A stretch of 64,000 bases of DNA from an uncultured Chloroflexia bacterium (GTDB lineage: Bacteria; Chloroflexota; Dehalococcoidia; GIF9; AB-539-J10). The stretch covers positions 654,274-718,273 of the forward strand of contig CAVYNS010000003.1 in assembly GCA_963769975.1 (NCBI GenBank), read 5' to 3'. Each line of letters opens with the position of its first letter. The stretch's first letter is position 1. The notes below the pieces were generated by a model. It did no database searches. It was not told the origin of the DNA and worked only from the letters and a program-made list of their open reading frames with translations. Of this stretch, positions 1-8,900 are shown one piece after another. A program made the translations under genes and the position numbers.

Positions 1-204
1 GCCTATTCTGGGGCAATAATACCTAATTTGTAGTAGGCTCGATTGGTATTGTCGTAATGAGAGTTTCTGCAGAGCACTCCTTGTGTGCTCCTACCAATTG
101 GGAGAGGACAAGCCCCCTTACGAAAGTACGGTTACTAATGGGTGATTGACGGAGAAGTGAACGGGTCTTAGACTATATTCAATTAGTCTTGGAGGAAGTT
201 CAAT

Positions 205-330
205 ATGCGTGTAAAAATAAATAGCCGAATCTGTTATAGAACTGCTGAAGTTTGCCAGATAGTTGGCATGAGTAAGAGCACTCTAGCGCGCTGCATCAGG
301 CAACTACAAGAATCTAGAGGTGAAAAATGA
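205..330 (+). CDS. Small 41-aa ORF (MRVKINSRICYRTAEVCQIVGMSKSTLARCIRQLQESRGEK) with a helix-turn-helix-like segment, possibly AlpA/excisionase-type. Its stop overlaps the ATG of the downstream gene (ATGA).
   Basis: Translated by hand. 'AEVCQIVGMSKSTLARCIRQ' resembles HTH_17-type DNA-binding helices. The 4-nt overlap suggests translational coupling. It is below the 60-aa cutoff of the ORF track. Confidence 0.3.
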   Translation: MRVKINSRICYRTAEVCQIVGMSKSTLARCIRQLQESRGEK

Positions 331-1475
331 AGATGATACTTAGCTTGAGGAAACATTATCACGTGGCAAGAGTTAGCATCTTTCTAGTTACGTTGGCCTT
401 CATTGGCGGGATGGTAAGCTGCGGTTCGTATGTCGCTCCTTCTTACTATACCCTCACTCTCGCCAGTACCGCTGGAGGTACTGTAACCACCCCTGGAGTG
501 GGGAATTTTACCTATGAGAACGAAACGGTGGCCGACCTGGTGGCGACTCCCGACAACGGCTACCTGTTTGCCGACTGGACTGGCAACGTAGGCAAGGTGG
601 GCAATGTCCATGCCGCCACAACCACCATCACGATGAGCAACAACTACTCTATAAAAGCCAACTTCGTCAAGCGATATGGCGTTGCCGCAGGCTACGAGCA
701 TACAGTGGGGCTTAAGTCCGACTGCACCGTGGTCGCCGTGGGATATAATCAGTATGGGCAGTGCGATGTCAACAGTTGGACGAATATCCTCCAGATCGCC
801 GCCGGCCAGTATCACACGGTGGGGCTTAAGTCTGACATGACCGTGGTTGCCACTGGACTGAACTGGGACGGGCAATGTAATGTCACAGGCTGGACGGATA
901 TCATCCAGGTTGCCGCAGGCTGGCTTCACACGGTGGGGCTTAAACCTGACGGCACCGTGGTCGCCGTGGGGAATAACGAATCTGGGCAGTGTGATGTCGG
1001 CAACTGGACGCGCATCGTCCAGGTCGGCACAGGCGGCGGTCACACGGTAGGGCTTAAGCTCGACGGCACCGTGGTCGCCGTGGGAAATGACACCTACGGG
1101 CAGTGCGATGTCGGCAACTGGACGGACATCGTCCAGGTCGCCGCAGGCGGCGCTCAAACAGTGGGGCTTAAGCTCAACGGCACTGTGGTCGCCGTGGGAG
1201 ATAACAGCTACGGGCAGTGTAATGTCACTGACTGGACAGGCATCGTCCAGGTCGCCGCAGGCGCCTTGTACACGGTGGGGCTTTGTGCCAACGGCACTGT
1301 GGTCGCCGTGGGATTGAACACCTCCGGACAGTGCGATGTCGGCAGCTGGACGGACATCGTCCAGGTCGCTGCCGGCGTCTCCCACACAGTAGGGCTGAAG
1401 TCCAACGGCACCGTGGTTGCCGTGGGATGGGACTTATACGGGCAGTGCGATGTCGGCGGCTGGCATCTGAGTTGA
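327..1475 (+). CDS. Secreted or lipoprotein-like repeat protein: N-terminal signal/TM (possible lipobox MVSC), an InlB B-repeat-like domain ('GYLFADWTGNVG...SIKANF'), then about 7 tandem 38-40-aa RCC1-like propeller repeats ('AAGxxHTVGLKxDGTVVAVGxNxxGQCDV').
   Basis: The repeat signature GxxHTxxLxxDGxVxxxGxNxxGQ matches the RCC1/ATS1 consensus. The N-terminus is hydrophobic. Confidence 0.7.
   Translation: MKMILSLRKHYHVARVSIFLVTLAFIGGMVSCGSYVAPSYYTLTLASTAGGTVTTPGVGNFTYENETVADLVATPDNGYLFADWTGNVGKVGNVHAATTTITMSNNYSIKANFVKRYGVAAGYEHTVGLKSDCTVVAVGYNQYGQCDVNSWTNILQIAAGQYHTVGLKSDMTVVATGLNWDGQCNVTGWTDIIQVAAGWLHTVGLKPDGTVVAVGNNESGQCDVGNWTRIVQVGTGGGHTVGLKLDGTVVAVGNDTYGQCDVGNWTDIVQVAAGGAQTVGLKLNGTVVAVGDNSYGQCNVTDWTGIVQVAAGALYTVGLCANGTVVAVGLNTSGQCDVGSWTDIVQVAAGVSHTVGLKSNGTVVAVGWDLYGQCDVGGWHLS
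680..1465. repeat. Tandem repeat of about 111-120 bp, about 7 copies, lying in-frame inside the RCC1-like gene with high nucleotide identity between copies.
   Basis: 'caccgtggtcgccgtggg' recurs at about 724, 955, 1070, 1185 and 1296, with variants at 844 and 1411. The repetitiveness also opens the long antisense ORF 384..1385. Confidence 0.85.
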
Positions 1476-1687
1476 AATCCTTGCAGCATTGAGAGAAGGT
1501 TTCAACCATCTGGCCAATAATCGTGTATTCCCAAAATCGAAACGGTCAGAGCCAGGTATCTGAATATCAAAAGGGGGTACGCCCTTCGGATTGGGCGATG
1601 GTCCAGTCGCTACAGAACAAGCTACGCCTGGCAATAATATCCACCAGGTATTGACTTAAGTCCGTGATACGTCCACAATAAACACCC

Positions 1688-2482
1688 GTGGAAATACTCT
1701 TGATATTATCATTCGCCATTCTGGGTCTGGCTATAGGCAGCTTCCTCAATGTATGCATTGACCGTCTGCCCCGGAACGAGTCCATTGTATTTCCACCATC
1801 TCATTGCGAAGCTTGCCAGCACAAGCTATCTGCTAAAGACAACATCCCCCTATTTAGCTACCTCAGACTTCGTGGTCGCTGTCGGTACTGTCAAGCCTCT
1901 ATACCCCGGAGGATATTCTGGGTAGAGCTTGCCACCGGCCTAATATTCGCTTTCCTCTATTGGTGGTGCGTTGTCTTTAACCACGAGCTGGGGATTGTGG
2001 CTTTTGGGGTTATGGCTTTCTACGCCTGTCTATTCATTATCATTTTCGTCATTGACCTGGAGCAGGGGCTCATCCTGAACAAGGTGGTTTATCCCGGCAT
2101 GGTCGTGGCTTTGCTTCTGGCTTTAGTGCCCGAGCCCGGGTTTAGCCAATTGGCAGCTATGCGGGTTGCCAATGCTGCCATAGGCGGAGGCATCGGCTTT
2201 GCTATATTCCTTGTGATTGCCATAGTCTCCCGCGGCGGCATGGGGTGGGGCGATGTTAAGCTAGCTGCTTTGATTGGTCTGGCTACTGGCTTTCCTCTGG
2301 TTTTTGTTGCCATTATTATGGGGGCTATCCTCGGTGGCATAGTGGCCGTGGCTCTGATGATAGCTAAAAAGAGAAAACGCCAGGAGACAATTCCTTTCGG
2401 TCCCTTCCTGGTCTTAGCAGCCATGGTAACACTACTCTGGGGAAGTAATATACTGAATTGGTACCTATCTCTAATGCATTAA
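1688..2482 (+). CDS. pilD: Type IV prepilin leader peptidase (A24 family, PilD-like).
   Basis: It has an N-terminal 'GSFLNVCIDRLP' motif, a tetracysteine zinc-binding motif (CEAC...CRYC), and a polytopic membrane body with the 'GMGWGDVKL' aspartate motif. The start codon is GTG. Confidence 0.8.
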   Translation: MEILLILSFAILGLAIGSFLNVCIDRLPRNESIVFPPSHCEACQHKLSAKDNIPLFSYLRLRGRCRYCQASIPRRIFWVELATGLIFAFLYWWCVVFNHELGIVAFGVMAFYACLFIIIFVIDLEQGLILNKVVYPGMVVALLLALVPEPGFSQLAAMRVANAAIGGGIGFAIFLVIAIVSRGGMGWGDVKLAALIGLATGFPLVFVAIIMGAILGGIVAVALMIAKKRKRQETIPFGPFLVLAAMVTLLWGSNILNWYLSLMH

Positions 2483-2494
2483 CGACCCTGCAAT

Positions 2495-2680
2495 CGCAAT
2501 CATGGACGAACAAAAAAGAAAATCCTAAGCACTAAATACGAAAGAGCAAACAATATCAAAGTCCCAATCTCCAATGACCAAAAAATATGAAGGTTTTAAA
2601 TTTTGAAATTAGGATTTGGGATTTGTTTAGGATTTAGAGCTTGGAATTTAATCTCTATGTGTTACGTGTAACCACCTAAT
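2495..2680. repeat. AT-rich intergenic array of TTAGGATTT/TAAATCCTAA-type motifs arranged as an imperfect long palindrome.
   Basis: 'aaaatcctaagcactaaata' on the left and 'ttaggatttgggatttgtttaggatttagagcttgg' on the right. It lies between convergent genes. Confidence 0.5.
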
Positions 2681-2705
2681 GAACTTTGTGTAAATCAGGG
2701 CGCGC

Positions 2706-3392
2706 TCACTTTCTTCTGAACAGGGCAAAGAAACGGTCTTGATATTCCGGGAATAGACCCCAGCGGTTTAACTCAAGCACCAACCCCGGGGCTCGGGAAA
2801 GATTGCGACTGGCTTGCTCGAAAAGTTCTTCAATATAATCTCGGGCACCCTGGGGCACACCACTGGCATCCACTTCTAAAAAGCCCCGGCGATTAAATTC
2901 AGACATATTAGTGCTAACCGACTTGGTAGTTAGCTCATAGATGAACATGAGCAAGGACACATCCCATAGTTCCTCCACTCCTCTAATTATGGCGCTTAAG
3001 GGGTTACGTTCTTCCTCTATTCGCGAACTGAGCTTGCTTATCACCTGCCTGATAGGCTCGGAGACAACGTTCATTCCCTTGGGTTCGTTTTTATATCGGT
3101 AAAAAATGCCCGATTCATAAGGGCGCTCCCGGGCCATCATTCCTATGTATTTTTTTGCCTGCTCGCTGAAGCCTTCGACATTGACCAGGTAAGCAGGGGT
3201 AACAATTTTGGGCTTCTCTGCCACCACCCTTCCATCCCGAACCACACTAAGATTTCCCACCAATTCAGTGACAACGTAATAATCGATGACAGAACTGCCA
3301 AAAGTGGCCAGGGTTTGCTGTGGTGCTCGGATCAATTCCGTATGCTCCAGAGCATATTTAATTTTGTCATCCGTCTCCATAATAGACCCCAA
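2706..3392 (-). CDS. Hypothetical protein of 228 aa.
   Basis: It is a long ORF with no overlap to neighbours. I recognise no family. Confidence 0.5.
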   Translation of the reverse strand: MGSIMETDDKIKYALEHTELIRAPQQTLATFGSSVIDYYVVTELVGNLSVVRDGRVVAEKPKIVTPAYLVNVEGFSEQAKKYIGMMARERPYESGIFYRYKNEPKGMNVVSEPIRQVISKLSSRIEEERNPLSAIIRGVEELWDVSLLMFIYELTTKSVSTNMSEFNRRGFLEVDASGVPQGARDYIEELFEQASRNLSRAPGLVLELNRWGLFPEYQDRFFALFRRK

Positions 3393-3436
3393 TTCAACCT
3401 GTCATTCTGGTCCTTTGTTTCTTATCATTCCATTTG

Positions 3437-4171
3437 TTAGATAAACATCTTGGCCGTGTAAAAGTTACGCTTCACTTTATCCTTGCCAGCAATTATGCTG
3501 CCCATTTCAGTGCTATGACCGGGAACAAGGTATTCCACATCAAGCTGAGACAACTCGTCAATGCTCTTCCGTAGCAAGGAAGGGCTGCCACCAGGGAAAT
3601 CAGTCCGGCCTATGCTGCCAGCAAAGACAACGTCACCGCTGATCAATATCTTATCCTCCTCTAGATAAAGGGAAATAGAGCCGGGAGAATGTCCCGGGGT
3701 AAGGAAAACCTTCACTGCCATCTTGTTATTTTTAGCTCCCAGAGACAAATCACCGTCCTTAAGATAAAAGAAGGGATCAACCTGCGGCGGCTTACCGCCA
3801 AACGCCTGAAAGAACATCTTCCCCATCGTGCGATAAAATTCATCCTCCTCACGGGATAAAGTAAACAAAGCACCACTTTTATTCACCACCAATTCAGTGG
3901 CTTCAATATGGTCAGGATGGCTATGGGTACCAATCACCAGACCAATATCCTCCATTTTGAAGCCATCCTTCTCCATAGCCCCAGTCAGTGAATCAAAACA
4001 AGATTCCCCAAGCTCATTCCTGACATGGCCAGGGTCAACTAATACGTGCGGACGCTCTCCTCTTAAAACCGAGGGCCAGAGAATGGCATTGCAGTTATTG
4101 CCTCGGCCCTGCCATACATAACAATAAAAATATTCCGCTAACTTCACAGATTTATGATAAATCATAACCAT
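3437..4171 (-). CDS. MBL-fold metallo-hydrolase (glyoxalase II-like).
   Basis: It carries the HxHxDH motif 'THSHPDH' and downstream His/Asp ligands ('TPGHSPG', 'SGD', 'VPGHS'). Confidence 0.75.
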   Translation of the reverse strand: MVMIYHKSVKLAEYFYCYVWQGRGNNCNAILWPSVLRGERPHVLVDPGHVRNELGESCFDSLTGAMEKDGFKMEDIGLVIGTHSHPDHIEATELVVNKSGALFTLSREEDEFYRTMGKMFFQAFGGKPPQVDPFFYLKDGDLSLGAKNNKMAVKVFLTPGHSPGSISLYLEEDKILISGDVVFAGSIGRTDFPGGSPSLLRKSIDELSQLDVEYLVPGHSTEMGSIIAGKDKVKRNFYTAKMFI

Positions 4172-4208
4172 AACCTCAAGCTCAGAGATTGTTTAATAAC
4201 ACCATTTC

Positions 4209-4280
4209 GTCATTCTGAGCGAAGCGAAGAATCTCACAGATTCTTCGTCGTCCCGATCCATCAGGACTCCTCAGAATGAC
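4209..4280. repeat. Palindromic element, family A: GTCATTCTGAG...CTCAGAATGAC outer inverted repeat with a nested inner hairpin (cgaagaatctcacagattcttcg).
   Basis: Read directly. Related copies lie at 5621-5666, partially at 5296-5340, at 13070-13218 and as a half-site at 51658-51674. Confidence 0.7.
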
Positions 4281-4370
4281 ATTACTAAACGCTCTCAAGT
4301 TCACTTTGTTGAACTCCCTCAATATTATAGGCTAAAATGCTCTGCTAGTGCTAATAAACTGAAGGCCTGT

Positions 4371-4925
4371 ATGAGTGAGCTAAAGAGTTCCTGGGAAATC
4401 GCTCAAGAGAGAGCAAATAGATTGGGCAAGCTGTCTGCCGAGGAAAAGGAACAGCAAGAAAGACAAGGGTATCGCCAAATCGGTCAGGTGCTGGCACAAA
4501 AATGGCTGGACAGTTCCCGACAACCGGACATAACCGCGGAGCTAAACAAGCACGAGGAAAAGGAGAGAAATATCATAAAGCAGGCAGTAATCGAGCACCT
4601 GCTAGAGGTTATCGAGTTTACAACTACCCGGGGTATAAATAGCGTGAAAAGGGTAGTCGAGGCGATAAGCAGCTTAAAGCCCCAATTGCAGCCAAAGGTA
4701 GAGGAAATAATCCAGCTTGTTCAAGAATATGAAGGGGCAGAACAAAAGATAAGACAGGAATTAGAAAGCAACTACAGGGGAACACTACACCAATTGAGAA
4801 TCTCAGGAACAGCAGTAGATTCTATCAATATCGAAGATAACCACCAATGGCAACTAGCCCGTCAGGAGCTCATTGAATCTTTTACCCCAAGGCTCAATGA
4901 TTTGAAGCAAGCATTAATTAGCTAA
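4371..4925 (+). CDS. Hypothetical Glu/Lys-rich coiled-coil protein of 184 aa.
   Basis: Clean ORF in an intergenic context. No recognisable family. Confidence 0.5.
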   Translation: MSELKSSWEIAQERANRLGKLSAEEKEQQERQGYRQIGQVLAQKWLDSSRQPDITAELNKHEEKERNIIKQAVIEHLLEVIEFTTTRGINSVKRVVEAISSLKPQLQPKVEEIIQLVQEYEGAEQKIRQELESNYRGTLHQLRISGTAVDSINIEDNHQWQLARQELIESFTPRLNDLKQALIS

Positions 4926-4938
4926 ATCGGAAAACAAA

Positions 4939-5409
4939 TCATAGGGCCCCCAGGGTGAGCGTTTGGTCATACTGGCCTTTACGGCGGTCGTAGAGGGTTC
5001 GAATCCCCTGGACCCGGTAATTCTGCTCCGAGATGCCGCAGCGGGCGTCGGTGACAGTGATAACATCTAAAAGCTCCTGCCCGACGTTGGTGGGGATGGT
5101 GATGGTGGCGGGGTGAGCTCGCAATGACGCCTCCCTTAAGAGGGCGTCGGCTCTCTCCTGGGCCCGGGTGGCCGTCTGGAGGTTGGGGTCGTACACCTGT
5201 TCTAGTTCGTCAATGGCAAGCTCAAGCAAGTCCCAGTCGAGGGCATCCTGGACGATACGGTTAGAATCCTCGTCCTGACCGATGGCTTGGGTGCGGGAGA
5301 TGTGAGATTCTTCGCGGTACGCACCGCTCAGAATGACAAAATGATTTGCTAATACTGCATAAAGTAGCACTGTTGTTCTAAAAGAGCAAGGGGATTTTGT
5401 CCTGCTCAT
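4939..5409 (-). CDS. Hypothetical protein of 156 aa. The N-terminal ~35 codons overlap a partial family-A palindromic element, so the true start may be internal or non-ATG.
   Basis: ORF in the track. 'gagattcttcgcggtacgcaccgctcagaatgac' at 5296-5340 is a right half of the family A repeat. Confidence 0.4.
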   Translation of the reverse strand: MSRTKSPCSFRTTVLLYAVLANHFVILSGAYREESHISRTQAIGQDEDSNRIVQDALDWDLLELAIDELEQVYDPNLQTATRAQERADALLREASLRAHPATITIPTNVGQELLDVITVTDARCGISEQNYRVQGIRTLYDRRKGQYDQTLTLGAL

Positions 5410-5429
5410 ACCTCGCTATATTAGGTATA

Positions 5430-5457
5430 TTGACAAAACAAAGCTGGTTGCTATAAT
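5430..5457 (+). promoter_or_regulatory. Candidate sigma70-type promoter: TTGACA, 16-nt spacer, TATAAT. It lies about 500 bp upstream of the S-layer-like gene.
   Basis: TTGACA at 5430-5435 and TATAAT at 5452-5457. It would imply a long 5' UTR. Confidence 0.4.
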
Positions 5458-5620
5458 AAATCCAAGCTATTTTGGCAAATTAGTTGGTTTACCTATTGAC
5501 AAAATAGAATATATAGGTTTAAAGTTATGGAAAGCCCGTAAAAGGGTGGTATTTTTGTTGTTTCGAACTAAGAATAGAGTGGAACGTTAACAATTGAATA
5601 GTGTTCGATGACATTTGCCG

Positions 5621-5666
5621 GTCATTCTGAACCTGGCCCCGATGAATCGGGGCTCCTCAGAATGGC
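5621..5666. repeat. Palindromic element, family A, short copy: GTCATTCTGA-ACCTGGCCCCGATGAATCGGGGCTC-CTCAGAATGGC.
   Basis: It shares flanks with the 4209 copy: 'catttg/ccg gtcattctga ... cagaatg(a/g)cattact'. Confidence 0.7.
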
Positions 5667-5786
5667 ATTACTCAATAAAATGGAAAGGAGGTGATGTCTA
5701 TGGCAAAGTCCCGAAGCGAATCGCTATTGCGAAGCGCCAAGGGGAAGAGAACAATGCCTGGCCCGGGCAAAAAAGGAGTGCTCGAC

Positions 5787-5812
5787 GTAGTGCGAGGCTT
5801 TAGCCTCGTGCG
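5787..5812. repeat. Hairpin element, family B: GTAGTGCGAGGCTTTAGCCTCGTGCG.
   Basis: A near-identical copy lies at 9507-9531. An inverted copy with compensatory GG/CC to CC/GG stem changes lies at 9543-9568. Confidence 0.6.
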
Positions 5813-5952
5813 GGAGCCAAAAAGGGCAGCCTGAAATGAGGCAGGCTTAAAACTAGGTTTACTGAAAAAATGTTTCCAATGACTCGAGCCCAGAGGGGTC
5901 GACCTCGGGCGAGAGTGAAGATAAGTTGGATCCCTTTAAAGGAGGAAATTAA

Positions 5953-8900
5953 ATGATTAAAGAAAGAGCATGGTCAGTGAGGGTGATGTATATACTCATC
6001 GCCGCGGCACTGGCCATGGGTCTATTTATTACAGCGGCACCCGCCCATAAGGTGAGTGCCAATTCTAATGATGTCACCACCGAGTGGAGCAAGGTCTCTA
6101 CTCCGACTATGGCGGGCTTTGTCGTGGCACCCGAGTCCACAATCATCGATTATGCCCTGGCTTCCAACGGAGAAGTGACCTACGCTGTCGTATATGCGTA
6201 TAATGATACCGGATTTGATACTCAGGCTTATCGCCTGCTGAAGTCTACCGACAGCGCTGCCACCTGGACAGACCTCAACACGGCATTAGACAAAGTAGAC
6301 ACGACAGCGAGCATAACTCAGTTGCTGCGAGTCGAGACCGACGGGGCAGACGCCAACTTCGTGGCTATCGCTCTCGTGTACAATGGCACCGAAGTCCGTT
6401 TGTACTTCTCCACTGACGGCGGCACTACATTCAATAACGCCGGCGAAGTTACGGACGGCACCCTAACCTTAGCCTACGGCGCCCCCGGCTACGGACTCTC
6501 CGACCTCGCCGTCTCCCCTGAAGTGGCTGGCAAGCGGGACATCGTTGCCGGCGGCATAGCTTCTGACGGCACCGCCGCGCTTTTCCGCTGCACGGTTACC
6601 GGAGATTCTGCCAGCGCCTGGAAGGACGCCACAGCCTATCCTGGCTGGGATGACCAGGGCAGGCCTACTGCCTTCACCTCGTTTGGCGTTACTTTCATGG
6701 AATTCTCGCCCAACTATGCGACGGACAAGACCATCCTGGTTACCACCGTTGTTTTTACAAGCCCCTTCGATATCTACCTGCAGGCCGGTAGCTTTGTAGC
6801 AACCCCGGGCTGGAACGCGAAGTCCACTCTGGGCATCGACGCTGTGCTTGTAATGCACAATGTAAACATCATAGGAACGCCTGCCACCATGTTTGACCCT
6901 AGAATAATAGCCGGCCTGACCCTGCCCAGCGACTACAACAGTAAGAGCACCGATACCAGAGTTCTCTGGGTCTGGGTGAACTACTATGATTCTGATACAG
7001 GCTTTGCCGCGAGCAGGATAGTGCGGGTGGATAATGATTCTGCCGACCCCATCGTGCAGCAGGTCAAGGACGGCAACGTCTGGTTGACCAACATATCCTA
7101 CTGGGGTACCACAGCCGAAGGTGAGGCTATTGCCGGCGTGCTAGGCTCCGGAACTTCCGTCACTACAGCCAGCGGCTGTGTTGGCGTTCAGGTCTATCGC
7201 AACACGGGCATCCACAACATGGATATCTGCTGTCAGCGATGGCTGAAGGCTTGCAAGCCACCCACCGGAGAGACCGCCATGGCAGTAGCCTTTGTAAGCG
7301 CAGATAAGGCTTATGCTATTGCCCTCCAGGGCGTTTTCAATTATGACGAGGGCGCCTGGTCGGTAACTTTCGACGGCGGCAATACCTGGAACCAGCTCAG
7401 CCTGATTGATACCCAGATTGACTACCTATCGGATGTCGCCGTATCCCCCGACTGCAACAAGATGATGCTGGTCAGTGTTAACGTAGAGTCGGGTCCTGGC
7501 TGCGACAGCGTCTGGCTCTATGCTAAGAACCTTCCCGAGGCTCAGGAATACAGCGGCCACTGGCTGAGGACCTGGTGCGGCGAACTCACAGGCACCTGGT
7601 TTGAAACAGGCAACGAAGCAGGCTTTCTCAGACTGCCTGCCGGTGAAACAGCTGGCGATACCGTCTATCTCGTGGACTACGGGACCGGCAACGTGTACCA
7701 GAATGACCTGGAAACCCTGGCTTGCTGGACTTCCGTAGCATCCACCACGCTAACCGACATCGTGGACATGGTCGCGACGGGCGGGGCGGGCAATGTTACC
7801 ATCGCCCTCTATGCCCTGGACTATAATGGCGACGTTTCCATGTACGATTCTGAGGGCTGGCATGACGCGGTGGACAGCAAGCTTACCGATAATGGTTGGA
7901 GCATCGCTGTTCATGGCAGCGACATACTTGTCGGCGGCGCGTATGATGGTGATGTTTCGTACTCCTCCGATGGCGGTACGACCTTCACCCATCTGAAGGA
8001 TGGGAGTGGCAACGATGTGATGACCCCCATTGCGGGCCACGCTACTGTTGCCTTTGATACCTACTTCGACACCAACAACGTAATCTATGCTGCCATAGAG
8101 GGATGGGGCGGCGGAAACTCAGAAGGCGGCGTATACCGCTGGGTCCTTGGCACAAGTGACAAGTGGGAAGACACGGGTGCCCAGCATGACTTAGCCTACA
8201 CCGGCCTGGTGCTGAGCAACATTAACGGCAATCCCCACACCAGCGCTGCCACCGGCGGCGTCCTCTACGCCAGCTTCGTCAATGAGTATTGTGCCGACGC
8301 TGGTACCCCTAACTGTGACACCTTGACGTGTTGGCAGACCGGCGTGGCCCGCTCACTCAACCCTGCTGAAACCATACAGTGCGCAACATGTGTTGAATGG
8401 GATTACCTGACTGTGGGCCTTGACTACCCGGCAGGCTTCCAGGCGACGCCCGATGCCCTGAAGATTTGCGGCTGTCTGACTCCAGATAGCAACGCCAAAC
8501 TCTACGCCATTGATTCCTGGGCGCAAGACAACAAAGGCTTCTACGACATGGTCAAGCATGAAGATGGCGCTGTCTGGACCTTCGAGGACTGCTATGCCAA
8601 GAAGGCTCCCAACGTGATAACGCCTACCGGCAACACGACCGTCCCTGCCGACCCTTGCTCATGTTATAACTCGCCCTTTACCGTCAAGTGGGATGGCCTG
8701 TGCGATGCCTGCCACTATGAAATACAGTTTGCACTCGACCAAGACTTCAGCGCTGTTTTCGACACCATATCAGCTCCTCGCGAAGGCAGCAAAACTCCTA
8801 CTAGCTACTTGGTCGCGGGAGGAACGCAGGGAGAACAGCTTTCCTGTGAAACCACCTACTACATGAGGGTCAGAGCTACCCAGGCTGGGACCTGTCAAGT

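Noticed and set aside
104-116. Exact 13-mer 'gaggacaagcccc' shared with 20271-20283 (about 18/20 over the extended match).
   Set aside because: About 60 exact 13-mer coincidences are expected by chance in 64 kb on both strands, and the extended match is also within chance expectation.
384-1385. 333-aa antisense ORF, plus several 70-95-aa ORFs in other frames across the same region.
   Set aside because: They are artefacts of the 111-120-bp tandem DNA repeats, which keep several frames open. The sense frame encodes a coherent signal peptide + InlB-like + RCC1-repeat protein.
680-1465. A CRISPR array was considered because of the regular about 115-bp repeats.
   Set aside because: The repeats are contiguous with no unique spacers, are in-frame and coding, and no cas genes are present.
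5615-5803. 62-aa ORF in the ORF track.
   Set aside because: It starts inside the family-A palindromic element and has no RBS. A different frame, 5700-5834, has the strong SD and is reported as a low-confidence finding instead.
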